From Propionibacterium freudenreichii subsp. freudenreichii (lineage in GTDB: Bacteria > Actinomycetota > Actinomycetes > Propionibacteriales > Propionibacteriaceae): a stretch of 32,000 bases of DNA. Every line of letters begins with the position of its first letter. Positions within the stretch are counted from its first letter, which is position 1. Positions 1-8,758 of this stretch are shown here, one piece after another. The DNA lies in contig NZ_CP010341.1 in NCBI RefSeq assembly GCF_000940845.1, positions 990,001 through 1,022,000 of the forward strand, read 5' to 3'. The notes under the pieces were generated by a model, which ran no database searches, was not told where the DNA came from, and saw only the letters and a program-made list of their open reading frames with translations. The position numbers and the translations under genes were made by a program.

Positions 1-2
1 AC

Positions 3-512
3 TTGGAGGAGACCATCGTGCGGCACCGACGCGGTGCCGGCGCCCATCCGGGCCGCTACACGAGCCAGCTGCACGCCGAACGGCTGGCCACCCTGATCCT
101 CGATGAGGTGCTCCGCACCCGTCCGCAACGGCAGCACAACCTGCGCGATCTCATCAATGACATCGCCCGCAACCCCGCCCGCGCGCTGTCGCTGACCGAG
201 GCAGCCCGAAAGCTCCACTGGTCCCCGGGGCACCTGTCGAAGTTGTTCAAATCGGTCACGGGCGACACATTCGTGTCATATGTGATGTCACGGCGGCTGG
301 AACGGGCCGAGCTGATGCTAGCGTCCACCCAGATGCCGGTGGGTGAAATCGCGACCACCCTGGATTTCAGCCAGGTGAACTACTTCTCCAGGGTCTTCCG
401 TTCCCGAACGGGGATGTCGCCCAGCGAATACCGGCGACAGCATTCATCGTTCGACCGGAGACCGCTCCATGAAGCAATTCCAACTGGCCACTTCTCTCGC
501 CTGCGGGCCTGA
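3..512 (+). CDS. AraC/XylS-family transcriptional regulator, C-terminal HTH portion (5' end lies outside the window)
   Basis: The ORF is open to the left window edge. It has a tandem AraC-type HTH signature (LTEAARKLHWSPGHLSKLFK ... IATTLDFSQVNYFSRVFRSRTGMSPSEYRR). A PocR/EutR-like role is only inferred from the neighbouring genes. Confidence 0.8.
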   Translation: MEETIVRHRRGAGAHPGRYTSQLHAERLATLILDEVLRTRPQRQHNLRDLINDIARNPARALSLTEAARKLHWSPGHLSKLFKSVTGDTFVSYVMSRRLERAELMLASTQMPVGEIATTLDFSQVNYFSRVFRSRTGMSPSEYRRQHSSFDRRPLHEAIPTGHFSRLRA

Positions 513-1599
513 CGCACTCACCGCGCTGGACAGGCTCGGCGGACGCCGCGTCTTGGTCATCACGGACGCCTTCATGGCCTCCTCGGCACTGATGGACACC
601 GTGCGCGGCCACCTCGGCAGCGCCGAGATCACGGTCTTCGACCAGGTGCAGCCCAATCCCGACGTCCAGGCCGTCGCGCGCGGCCTGCGGGCCTTCCTTG
701 ACTGCGCCCCCGAGGCCCTGCTGGCCCTGGGCGGGGGATCGCCGATCGACACCGCCAAGGCGGTGCGCAAGATTGCCCTCGAGCAGGGCCAGCCACTGTC
801 GGCGGGCTTCTATGTGGTGCCCACCACCTCGGGAACCGGGTCGGAGGTCAGCTCGTTCGCGGTGGTCACCGATCCCGAGCACGACGCCAAGCTCCCCATG
901 ACCTCACCCGACATGGTGGCAGATGTGGCCATCCTCGACCCTGACGCGGTGCGCACCTGCCCGCCCACGCTCACCGCCGACTCCGGGATGGACGCGCTCA
1001 GCCACGCGGTGGAGGCCTATGTTGCGCTGGACCACAACGACATCACGGACGCACTGGCCGAGAAGGCGCTGCGACTGATCAGCGCGAACCTGGTGGCCAG
1101 CTTCCGCGACGGGAACGACCTTGCGGCCAGGGAACACCAGCAGAATGCGGCGACGATGGCCGGCATCGCCTTCGAGAACTCCGGACTGGGCATCGTGCAC
1201 GGGTTGTCCCATGCCATCGGCGGCAGCTTCCATGTGGCGCACGGCAGGCTCAACGGCATCCTGATGCCGCATGTGATCGGCTTCAACGCCGGCGAGCTGG
1301 GCTTCGGGGCTGCCACGTTGTCGCCCATCGCCGAGCGCTATGCACAGCTCGCGGCGGCCATCGGCATCGACGCGGCCACCCGACGCGGACTGGTGACGGG
1401 GCTCGTCGACTTCATCACCGCCATACGTCGTGACCTTGACATGCCGGCCTCGCTCACCGACGCCGGCGTCGACCGCGCCGCCTTCCGGGCTGCCATTCCA
1501 CAGCTGTCCCAGACCGCATTGCGCGACTTCTGCACATCGGGAAACCCCCGGCCGGTGACCGCTCATGAGCTCGCCGGGCTGTTGGCCCACGCCCTCTAG
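469..1599 (+). CDS. Iron-containing (group III) alcohol dehydrogenase, PduQ/EutG-like
   Basis: 376 aa with Fe-ADH motifs: GGGSPIDTAKA, VVPTTSGTGSEV, and the His cluster HGLSHAIGG..HVAHG. The N-terminus MKQFQL..L..L resembles PduQ-type proteins. The start overlaps the AraC ORF by 44 nt. Confidence 0.85.
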   Translation: MKQFQLATSLACGPDALTALDRLGGRRVLVITDAFMASSALMDTVRGHLGSAEITVFDQVQPNPDVQAVARGLRAFLDCAPEALLALGGGSPIDTAKAVRKIALEQGQPLSAGFYVVPTTSGTGSEVSSFAVVTDPEHDAKLPMTSPDMVADVAILDPDAVRTCPPTLTADSGMDALSHAVEAYVALDHNDITDALAEKALRLISANLVASFRDGNDLAAREHQQNAATMAGIAFENSGLGIVHGLSHAIGGSFHVAHGRLNGILMPHVIGFNAGELGFGAATLSPIAERYAQLAAAIGIDAATRRGLVTGLVDFITAIRRDLDMPASLTDAGVDRAAFRAAIPQLSQTALRDFCTSGNPRPVTAHELAGLLAHAL

Positions 1600-1651
1600 T
1601 CCCCGCCGACCCGTACGGTCCACCCCGGAGGGCGCCGGGAGGGTGCCGGGA

Positions 1652-2077
1652 CTAGGCCAGACGGGCTGCGAGCCGATCGATTCCGGCCCCGGTCATGGCA
1701 GACACGGGGAAGATCTGCGTCACGCCGGCCATCTGCAGGTGTGACGTGGCGATGTCGATCGCCACCTGGTCGGCAAGGTCGATCTTCGTCACGACGCCCA
1801 CCGACGGTGGCATGAAGAAGCTGGTGAACCCGGGTGGGAACTTCGCCTCCGACACCTGCGCGGAGGCGAGCAGCACCACCAGGTCCACCTCGAAGGAAGC
1901 CATCCGCAGGGCATGCTTGTAGAACGGCATCTCCAGGTATTCGCCCGGCGTGTCCACGATGGTGCCGTCGGTGTAGATCGTCTCGGTCTTTGCGTAGCTG
2001 GGTTCGCGCTCGTGCAGGCACTGCAAAAGGGTCGTCTTCCCGGCACCGACCGAGCCGACCAACAGGATCTTCTTCAT
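1652..2077 (-). CDS. EutP/PduV-family small GTPase (microcompartment-associated)
   Basis: 141 aa with P-loop [16 protein letters not shown] and TKIDL motifs, and the size typical of EutP/PduV. Its ATG overlaps the stop of the upstream shell-gene remnant (ATGA). Confidence 0.85.
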   Translation of the reverse strand: MKKILLVGSVGAGKTTLLQCLHEREPSYAKTETIYTDGTIVDTPGEYLEMPFYKHALRMASFEVDLVVLLASAQVSEAKFPPGFTSFFMPPSVGVVTKIDLADQVAIDIATSHLQMAGVTQIFPVSAMTGAGIDRLAARLA

Positions 2078-2346
2078 GAACGCGTGATGGGTGGGCGGGC
2101 AAAGCCGAGCTCATCGCACAGCACCGCCACCACGTTCTCAATCGCCGATTCGACGTCCGACAGCTGGCCGAGCACGACTAGGGAACCCGAGAAGCGGTCC
2201 ACGAAACCCAACGACACCGCCGAGGCCTTCGTGGCCACATCGGCGGCGATGATCGACGCTTCGCTGGGGGTGATCGTCATGATGCCGAGTGCCTCGGTGC
2301 CCGCGGGCAGGCCGATCTTCGGGTAGAGGCCGGGATCCGGATTGGC
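2074..2346 (-). pseudogene. PduU/EutS-type BMC shell protein, 5'-truncated by IS insertion (about 25 N-terminal codons missing)
   Basis: The minus-strand frame reads ..[64 protein letters not shown]. As I remember PduU, this is colinear with its C-terminal ~90 residues. Homology ends exactly at 2346/2347 where the IS inverted repeat begins, and an in-frame stop lies inside the IR (2353-2355). Confidence 0.8.
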
Positions 2347-2372
2347 GGCTCTTCACGAACGAGGGTGTAGCG
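2347..2372. repeat. ISL3 left terminal inverted repeat
   Basis: The 26 nt are identical to the reverse complement of 3748-3773. Confidence 0.9.
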
Positions 2373-2459
2373 GGTTGAGCGTGTCGGTGGCCGGGTAGGG
2401 GTCGAGGTCTCCCTGAGGATGGAAGTTCTCACACTCGCCATCTGCCGGAAGACCTCGAC

Positions 2460-3767
2460 GTGTCACACCCTACTTTCACTACACCTTGCCTGACCACGTT
2501 CTGCGGTCTCGACGAGCTCGGCCTGGAGGCTGTCGGGCAGCGTCTGGACCCGGATCGGGCGGTGATCGAGTGCCGTGTCGTGGAGCCGGACCGGTGGTGC
2601 CGCGAGTGTGGATGCGAGGGCGCCCCGCGCGACACGGTGATCCGTCGGCTCGCGCATGAGCCGTTCGGGCATCGGCCCACGACCCTGCTGATCCGGGTCC
2701 GGCGCTACAAATGCTGCGGGTGTGGGCGGGTCTGGCGGCAGGACACCACGGCCGCCGCGCCGGTACGGGTGAAGATCTCCCGCGGTGGGTTGGCGTGGGG
2801 GCTGGCGGGCTTGGTCCTCGATCATCTCTCGGTCACGCGTGTCGCGGCAGGGCTGGGGGTGTCCTGGTCCGCCGCGAACGACGCGATCCTCGCCGAGGGC
2901 CGCCGGCGGCTGATCGATGACCCGGCGCGGTTCGAGGGCGTGACCACGATCGGCGTCGACGAGCACGTGTGGCGACACACCCGCCACGGCGACACGTACG
3001 TGACCGTGATCATCGACCTGACCCCGGTGCGCGACAAGACCGGCCCGGCACGGCTGCTGGACATGGTCGCCGGACGCTCGAAAGCCGTGTTCAAGACCTG
3101 GCTCGCCGCCAGACCGAAGCCCTGGCGAGAGGGGATCGAGGTCGTCGCCATGGACGGATTCACCGGGTTCAAGACCGCCGCCGCCGAAGAACTGCCCGAC
3201 GCGGCCCCGGTCATGGATCCGTTCCACGTGATCCGGCTCGCCGGTGACGCGCTGGAGAACTGCCGACGCCGGGTACAGCACGACGTCTTCGGCCGGCGGG
3301 GCATGAAGGGCGATCCGCTCTACCAGGCCAGACGGACCCTGCTCACCGGTGCCGGTCTGCTCACCGACAAGCAGCAGGCGCGGCTAGATGCCCTGTTCGC
3401 CGAGGACAGGCACGTCGAGGTCGAAGCGACGTGGGGCATCTACCAAGACATGATCACCGCCTACCGGGACAAGGACCGCGGCCTGGGCAGATTCTTCCTC
3501 GCGCACACGATCGACAAGATCAGCGCCAGCGTCCCGGAGCAGCTCGTCGAGATCCGCAAACTCGCCCGCACCCTCACACAGCGCGCTTCGGACGTGCTCG
3601 GCTACTTCGACCGCCCCGGCACCAGCAACGGCCCCACCGAAGCGATCAACGGCCGACTCGAACACCTCCGCGGCACGGCCCTCGGCTTCCGCAACCTCAG
3701 CCACTACATCGCTCGGTCGCTGCTCGAAGCCGGCGGATTCAGACCCGCGCTACACCCTCGTTCGTGA
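2460..3767 (+). CDS. ISL3-family transposase
   Basis: 435 aa. The N-terminal Cys-rich zinc-finger region (CRECGC ... YKCCGCG) is followed by a DDE_Tnp_ISL3-like core (GVDEHVW..., VVAMDGFTGFK, DPFHV). GTG start. Confidence 0.9.
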   Translation: MSHPTFTTPCLTTFCGLDELGLEAVGQRLDPDRAVIECRVVEPDRWCRECGCEGAPRDTVIRRLAHEPFGHRPTTLLIRVRRYKCCGCGRVWRQDTTAAAPVRVKISRGGLAWGLAGLVLDHLSVTRVAAGLGVSWSAANDAILAEGRRRLIDDPARFEGVTTIGVDEHVWRHTRHGDTYVTVIIDLTPVRDKTGPARLLDMVAGRSKAVFKTWLAARPKPWREGIEVVAMDGFTGFKTAAAEELPDAAPVMDPFHVIRLAGDALENCRRRVQHDVFGRRGMKGDPLYQARRTLLTGAGLLTDKQQARLDALFAEDRHVEVEATWGIYQDMITAYRDKDRGLGRFFLAHTIDKISASVPEQLVEIRKLARTLTQRASDVLGYFDRPGTSNGPTEAINGRLEHLRGTALGFRNLSHYIARSLLEAGGFRPALHPRS

Positions 3768-3773
3768 AGAGCC
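3748..3773. repeat. ISL3 right terminal inverted repeat
   Basis: The 26 nt are identical to the reverse complement of 2347-2372. The transposase stop codon (3765-3767) lies inside it. Confidence 0.9.
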
Positions 3774-3900
3774 ACTTCAGGTGGGAATGTGGCACGGTTC
3801 CCGGGCTCGGGGTCCCGGGTGCGGACACGACGATGGCCCGCGACTCCGGGGAGCCACGGGCCATCATCCTCGATCCCGGAACACCGGGATGGTGCCCAAT

Positions 3901-4965
3901 TCAGGCCAGGCGGGCCGCGATCGCATCGCCGATCTCAACGGTGCTGCGCTTGGCAATTCCACGCTCGGAAATATCGGCACTCACGGCGTCATTCACCCGC
4001 TGTGCCTCCTTCTCGTATCCCAGGTGCGTGAGCAGGAGCGCCATCGAGCTGATGGCGGCTGTCGGGTCGGCGATGCCCTTGCCGGCGATATCGGGCGCCG
4101 AACCATGCACGGGCTCGAACATCGAGGGATAGGTGCGTGCCGTGTTGATATTGGCGCTCGGCGCCAGTCCGATGCCGCCGGTCACTGCAGCGGCCTCATC
4201 GGTCAGGATGTCACCGAACAGGTTGTCGGTGACGATCACGTCAAAGCGCTGGGGATCAACGGCCAGGTTGATCGTCGCCGCGTCAACGTGCAGGTAGTCA
4301 TGCTCCACCGAGGGATATTCGGTGGCGACCTGGTCAACGATGCGACGCCACAGGCCCCCGGCATTCACCAGGACGTTGTGCTTGTGCACGAGGGTGACCT
4401 TGTTGCTGCGCTTCGTGGCGAGCTCAAATGCATAGCGCACGACGCGTTCCACGCCGAACGCGGTATTGATGCTGACCTCCGTGGCCACCTCGTTGGGCGT
4501 CCCCTGGCGCAGGGTCCCGCCATTGCCCACGTACATGCCCTCCGTGCCCTCGCGCACGACCACGAAGTCCACCGGACCCTGGTCGAGTACAGCCTGGGAC
4601 AGGGGGGTCACGACACCGGGATAGATCTTCGACGGGCGCAGGTTCACGTCCTGATCGAATTCAAAGCGCAGCTTGAGCAGCAGGCCGCGTTCCAGCAGTC
4701 CGGAGGGAATGGTGCTGCTGCCGGGCGCAGCGCCCACGGCACCGAGGATGATCGCGTCACGGGTGGCCAGATCGGCGAGGGTCTCGTCGGAAAGCACCTC
4801 ACCGGTATCGAGCCAGTGCTGGGCCCCGAGTTCGTACTGGGAGAACTCGAAGGTGTCCTCACCCGCCGCTGCGATAAGGACCTTGACGGCTTGGGCCACC
4901 ACTTCGGGGCCGATTCCGTCGCCCGGGATGACTGCAATGACTGGCTTGTGCGAAGACTTACTCAT
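3901..4965 (-). CDS. leuB: 3-isopropylmalate dehydrogenase
   Basis: [22 protein letters not shown]... is the canonical LeuB N-terminus. The longest ORF starts at GTG 4974, but ATG 4965 sits 7 nt after a TAGTGT -10-like box and matches LeuB N-termini. Confidence 0.9.
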   Translation of the reverse strand: MSKSSHKPVIAVIPGDGIGPEVVAQAVKVLIAAAGEDTFEFSQYELGAQHWLDTGEVLSDETLADLATRDAIILGAVGAAPGSSTIPSGLLERGLLLKLRFEFDQDVNLRPSKIYPGVVTPLSQAVLDQGPVDFVVVREGTEGMYVGNGGTLRQGTPNEVATEVSINTAFGVERVVRYAFELATKRSNKVTLVHKHNVLVNAGGLWRRIVDQVATEYPSVEHDYLHVDAATINLAVDPQRFDVIVTDNLFGDILTDEAAAVTGGIGLAPSANINTARTYPSMFEPVHGSAPDIAGKGIADPTAAISSMALLLTHLGYEKEAQRVNDAVSADISERGIAKRSTVEIGDAIAARLA

Positions 4966-5130
4966 GGTTGTCACACTAAGTGTCCCCGCAGGAGGACCAT
5001 GCGCGGTCTCAGCCCTGACGAAACAGCGAACTACGGCGTTGCAGATGGCTAATCAGCGCAACCTCGACACCCTCCAACCGACAGATGAACGGCCGGTTGT
5101 CGGGCCGTGGGCGCGCAGTAGCCTGAAGTC

Positions 5131-6216
5131 ATGGCACTGAAGTTCAACGCACCGTCCGACCCCACGTATCGTACTGAGGCGGACATCGCAAAGATCAACG
5201 AGGACCCCGGCTTCGGGGTGCACTTCACCGATCACATGGCTCGCATTGACTGGAGCGAGGATGAGGGCTGGGTTGACCCCCGACTCATTGAGTACGGGCC
5301 CATCCCGATGGACCCCGCCGGTGCCGTATTCCATTACGCCCAGGAGGCCTTTGAGGGGCTCAAGGCGTACCACCGCGAGGATGGCTCCATCTGGCTGTTC
5401 CGTCCCGAGCGCAACGCGGCGCGCTTCTTCAATTCCAGCAAGCGCCTGGCGTTGCCGCAGCTGCCGGTGGACGACTTCGTGCAGGCCGTTCGTGAGCTCA
5501 CCCGCCTCGATGCCCGCTGGGTTCCCAAGGAGGGCGAGAAGAGCCTCTACCTGCGTCCCTTCTCGATCGCGACCGAGAGCTTCCTGGGTGTGCGGCCCAG
5601 CAAGACGGTTGCCTTCTGCGTGATCGCCTCCCCGGTGGGGGCCTACTTCTCCGGCGGCGTCAAGCCGGTCGACATCTGGGTCGAGTCCCACCTGAGCCGC
5701 GTGTCCAACGGTGGCACCGGCGACGCCAAGTGTGGTGGCAACTATGCCGCCAGCCTCGTGCCGGAGGAGACCGCCTTCGCCCATGGCTGCAACCAGGTGA
5801 TGTTCGTCGACAACGCCGAGCACCGCTGGGTTGAGGAACTGGGTGGCATGAACTTCCTCATGATCACCAAGAACGACGAGCTGGTCACGCCGCCGCTGAA
5901 CGGGAACATCCTGCCCGGCGTCACCAGGGATTCCCTGCTCACCATCGCCCCGGAGATGGGACTGAAGCCCGTCGAGCGTCCCATCGACATCGCCGAGGTG
6001 TACGCCGGCATGGACGATGGCACCATTTCGGAGCTCTTCGCCTGCGGCACGGCCGCAGTGGTCACGCCGATCGGCTCGCTGACCAACGAACAGGGTCGTC
6101 ACGATATGGCGGTCCCCGCCGATGGTGGGCGAACCATTGCGCTGCGCAACTACCTGTTGGATGTGCAGTACGGACGTCGCGAGGACACCCGCGGCTGGAC
6201 CCAGCGCGTCGTCTGA
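5131..6216 (+). CDS. ilvE: Branched-chain amino acid aminotransferase
   Basis: 361 aa of the class IV aminotransferase family (FGVHFTDHM, YAQEAFEGLKAY, FRPERNAARF, GGTGDAKCGGNYAAS). Confidence 0.9.
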   Translation: MALKFNAPSDPTYRTEADIAKINEDPGFGVHFTDHMARIDWSEDEGWVDPRLIEYGPIPMDPAGAVFHYAQEAFEGLKAYHREDGSIWLFRPERNAARFFNSSKRLALPQLPVDDFVQAVRELTRLDARWVPKEGEKSLYLRPFSIATESFLGVRPSKTVAFCVIASPVGAYFSGGVKPVDIWVESHLSRVSNGGTGDAKCGGNYAASLVPEETAFAHGCNQVMFVDNAEHRWVEELGGMNFLMITKNDELVTPPLNGNILPGVTRDSLLTIAPEMGLKPVERPIDIAEVYAGMDDGTISELFACGTAAVVTPIGSLTNEQGRHDMAVPADGGRTIALRNYLLDVQYGRREDTRGWTQRVV

Positions 6217-6247
6217 GCCGCGCGGTCGGGCAGAGGGGATCACACAC

Positions 6248-7846
6248 ATGACCATGAATCCAGTGCGCCCGGAGAAGCTGCACATCTACGACACCACCTT
6301 GCGGGACGGGGCCCAGCAGGCCGGCATGCACCTGTCCCTGGATGACAAGTTGGCCATTGCCCTGCAGGCCGACGCCATGGGCGTCGACTTCATTGAGGGC
6401 GGCTGGCCGGGCGCCAATCCGATTGACACCGAGTTCTATGCGCGCGCGCCCGAACTGGGCCTGCGCACGGCGAAGCTCGTGGCCTTCGGATCGACGCGCC
6501 GCGCCGGTTCACGGGCGAGCGAGGATCCGTTGCTCGAGGCGCTGTGTACGGCCGGTACGGATTATGTGTGCATCGTGGCAAAGGCCCACGACGTCCACGT
6601 GACCCAGGCGCTGCGCACCACCCTGGACGAGAACCTGGCGATGGTGGCCGACTCGGTGCGCTTCCTGGTGGGGCACGGCAAGCGGGTGCTCGTCGACGCC
6701 GAGCACTATTTCGACGGTTTCCGCACGAACCCCGCCTATGCCCTGGAGGTCGTGCGTACCGCGGCCGAGGCCGGTGCCGAGACCGTGGTGCTGTGCGACA
6801 CCAATGGCGGCATGCTGCCCCACTGGATGGGTGACATCATCTCGGCGACCTCGTCGATCGGCGTCGAGCTGGGGGTCCATTGCCACAACGACAGTGGATG
6901 TGCGCTGGCCAATTCGTTGGCCGCCATGGACGCCGGCGTCACCCACATCCAGGGCACCATCAACGGATATGGCGAGCGGACCGGCAACACCGACCTGACC
7001 ACGCTCATCGCGGACCTCCAACTGAAATATGAGTGGCCCGTGGTGACCCCCGAGCAACTGGGGAACATGACCAGCGTCAGCCGCACGGTGGCCGAGATCG
7101 CCAACCAGCCGGTCTCCGCGCGGCAGCCGTATGTGGGGGAGTCGGCATTCGCCCACAAGGCGGGCCTGCACGCCAGCGCCCTCAAGGTGAACAACGACCT
7201 CTACCAGCACATCGATCCCACCGCGGTGGGCAACGACATGCACATGCTCATCTCCGACATGGCCGGCCGCGCGAACATCCAGATCAAGGGCGAACAGCTG
7301 GGCATGGACCTCTCGGACCGCGACCTTGCCGGGCAGGTGGCCTCGTTGGTCAAGCAGCGCGAGGCCCACGGCTACGCCTATGAGGCCGCCGACGCCAGCT
7401 TTGAGCTGCTCGTGCGCGATACGTGCGGCGAGCTCAATGACCGTCCCTTCTCGATGACCAGTTGGCGGGTGTTCATCGAGCAGCGTGGTTCCTCCGAGGA
7501 CGACGCCTACACCGAGGCGACGGTGAAGCTCGAGGCCCAGGGTTCACCGCAGATCTTCGTCGGCGAGGGCAACGGCCCGGTGAATGCCCTCGACCAGGCC
7601 CTTCGCCGGGCCCTGCGACCCGCCTATCCGCAGGTGCGCGACTACGAGCTCACCGATTACCGGGTGCGAATCCTCGACGAGGACCGCGGCACCGACGCCA
7701 CCGTCAGGGTGCAGATCGGTACCACCTGGCAGCACGACACCTGGACCACCGTCGGGGTCGGCGCGAACATCATCGAGGCGAGCTGGGAAGCGCTGTCGGA
7801 CGCCTACCTGTTCGGCTTGTTGAAGGGCTTCGGCGCCGACGAATAG
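6248..7846 (+). CDS. cimA: Citramalate synthase / LeuA-related (HMGL-like) synthase
   Basis: IYDTTLRDGAQQAGMHLSLDDKLAIA..GVDFIEGGWPGANPIDTEF matches the short LeuA_rel/CimA-type architecture (~530 aa) with a C-terminal LeuA-dimer-like domain. Start ATG 6248 follows AGAGGGGA. The longer ORF from 6122 overlaps ilvE. Confidence 0.75.
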   Translation: MTMNPVRPEKLHIYDTTLRDGAQQAGMHLSLDDKLAIALQADAMGVDFIEGGWPGANPIDTEFYARAPELGLRTAKLVAFGSTRRAGSRASEDPLLEALCTAGTDYVCIVAKAHDVHVTQALRTTLDENLAMVADSVRFLVGHGKRVLVDAEHYFDGFRTNPAYALEVVRTAAEAGAETVVLCDTNGGMLPHWMGDIISATSSIGVELGVHCHNDSGCALANSLAAMDAGVTHIQGTINGYGERTGNTDLTTLIADLQLKYEWPVVTPEQLGNMTSVSRTVAEIANQPVSARQPYVGESAFAHKAGLHASALKVNNDLYQHIDPTAVGNDMHMLISDMAGRANIQIKGEQLGMDLSDRDLAGQVASLVKQREAHGYAYEAADASFELLVRDTCGELNDRPFSMTSWRVFIEQRGSSEDDAYTEATVKLEAQGSPQIFVGEGNGPVNALDQALRRALRPAYPQVRDYELTDYRVRILDEDRGTDATVRVQIGTTWQHDTWTTVGVGANIIEASWEALSDAYLFGLLKGFGADE

Positions 7847-7905
7847 TCCCCGGGGCTGCCCGGAACGCCGAGGCCCCCGGGCGGCCCGACAGGTAGGTTT
7901 GGCTC

Positions 7906-8751
7906 ATGCGTATTGCTCGTTATGCCAGCCCGGGAACTGATCCGGCCTATGGCCTCGTGGAACTCGTCGATGACGGGGGAGATCACCCCGATACGGTCGC
8001 AACACTCACCGGTGATCCCCTGGCGGGGCCCGTCAACCTCACCGGAGAACGGCACCCCCTGGCCGAGGTGCGACTGCTCGCCCCCGTGATCCCGCGCAGC
8101 AAGATCGTGGGCGTGGGACGCAACTATGCCGCCCATGCCGCCGAGCTGGGCAACACCGTCGACGCCAACCCGTTGGTCTTCCTCAAGCCCAATACGAGTG
8201 TGATCGGTCCCGACGACCCCATCATCAAGCCGGTGGAGACCGACGACCTGCAGTTCGAGGGCGAATTGGCCGTGGTGATCGGGCGCATCTGTCGGCTGGT
8301 GCCCGTCGACCGCGTCGCCGAGGTGATCTTCGGCTACACCGTGGCCAACGATGTCACCGCGCGGGATGTCCAGAAGACCGACAAGCAATGGACCCGCGCG
8401 AAGGGCTGGGACAGTTTCTGCCCCCTCGGTCCGTGGATCGTCAGCCACCTGAGCCTGGACGAGGCGGCAGCACTGGACGTCACCACCACACTGGATGGCG
8501 AGGTCAAGCAGCACGGATCCACCGCCGACATGGTCCACTCCATCCCGGAGCTGGTCTCCTATATTTCCGGATTCACCACCCTGCTGCCCGGCGACGTGAT
8601 CCTCACCGGCACGCCGGCGGGCGTTGCCCGCATGGTGCCCGGCCAGCGGGTGAGCATCGAGATCGGCTCGATCGGAGCCCTGTCGAATCCCATCGTCGAC
8701 GGGGCGCAGACGCTCGGTTACGGCGACGAGGAATCCCCGGCGGGGCAGTGA
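7906..8751 (+). CDS. Fumarylacetoacetate hydrolase (FAH) family protein
   Basis: 281 aa with FAH-fold motifs (GVGRNYAAHAAELG, EGELAVVIG, GDVILTGTPAGV). Confidence 0.85.
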   Translation: MRIARYASPGTDPAYGLVELVDDGGDHPDTVATLTGDPLAGPVNLTGERHPLAEVRLLAPVIPRSKIVGVGRNYAAHAAELGNTVDANPLVFLKPNTSVIGPDDPIIKPVETDDLQFEGELAVVIGRICRLVPVDRVAEVIFGYTVANDVTARDVQKTDKQWTRAKGWDSFCPLGPWIVSHLSLDEAAALDVTTTLDGEVKQHGSTADMVHSIPELVSYISGFTTLLPGDVILTGTPAGVARMVPGQRVSIEIGSIGALSNPIVDGAQTLGYGDEESPAGQ

Positions 8752-8758
8752 TCACACA

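Larger units (their letters stand above)
2347..3773 (+). mobile_element. ISL3-family insertion sequence (1427 bp)
   Basis: Perfect 26-bp terminal inverted repeats GGCTCTTCACGAACGAGGGTGTAGCG (2347-2372 and the reverse complement at 3748-3773) bracket a single ISL3-type transposase gene. The GGCTCTT termini are typical of ISL3. Confidence 0.9.

Noticed and set aside
2382-2403. Perfect TGTCGGTG (RecA-NDp upstream half) inside the ISL3 left end
   Set aside because: The position 8 nt downstream reads GGGGTC, not TAnnnT. It lies inside an IS upstream of the transposase, so it is most likely coincidental.
3781-5052. 423-aa ORF on the plus strand opposite leuB
   Set aside because: It is a shadow ORF of a high-GC gene. 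It is fully antisense to a clear leuB and has a low-complexity Gly/Arg/Asp/His-rich translation with no family signature.
6122-6247. Longer cimA ORF overlapping the ilvE 3' end by 95 nt
   Set aside because: Family homology begins at MTMNPVRPEKLHIYDTTLRDG, and an SD-like AGAGGGGA precedes ATG 6248.
5053-6285. 410-aa ORF antisense to ilvE
   Set aside because: It is the same high-GC antisense artefact. ilvE on the plus strand has unmistakable aminotransferase motifs.
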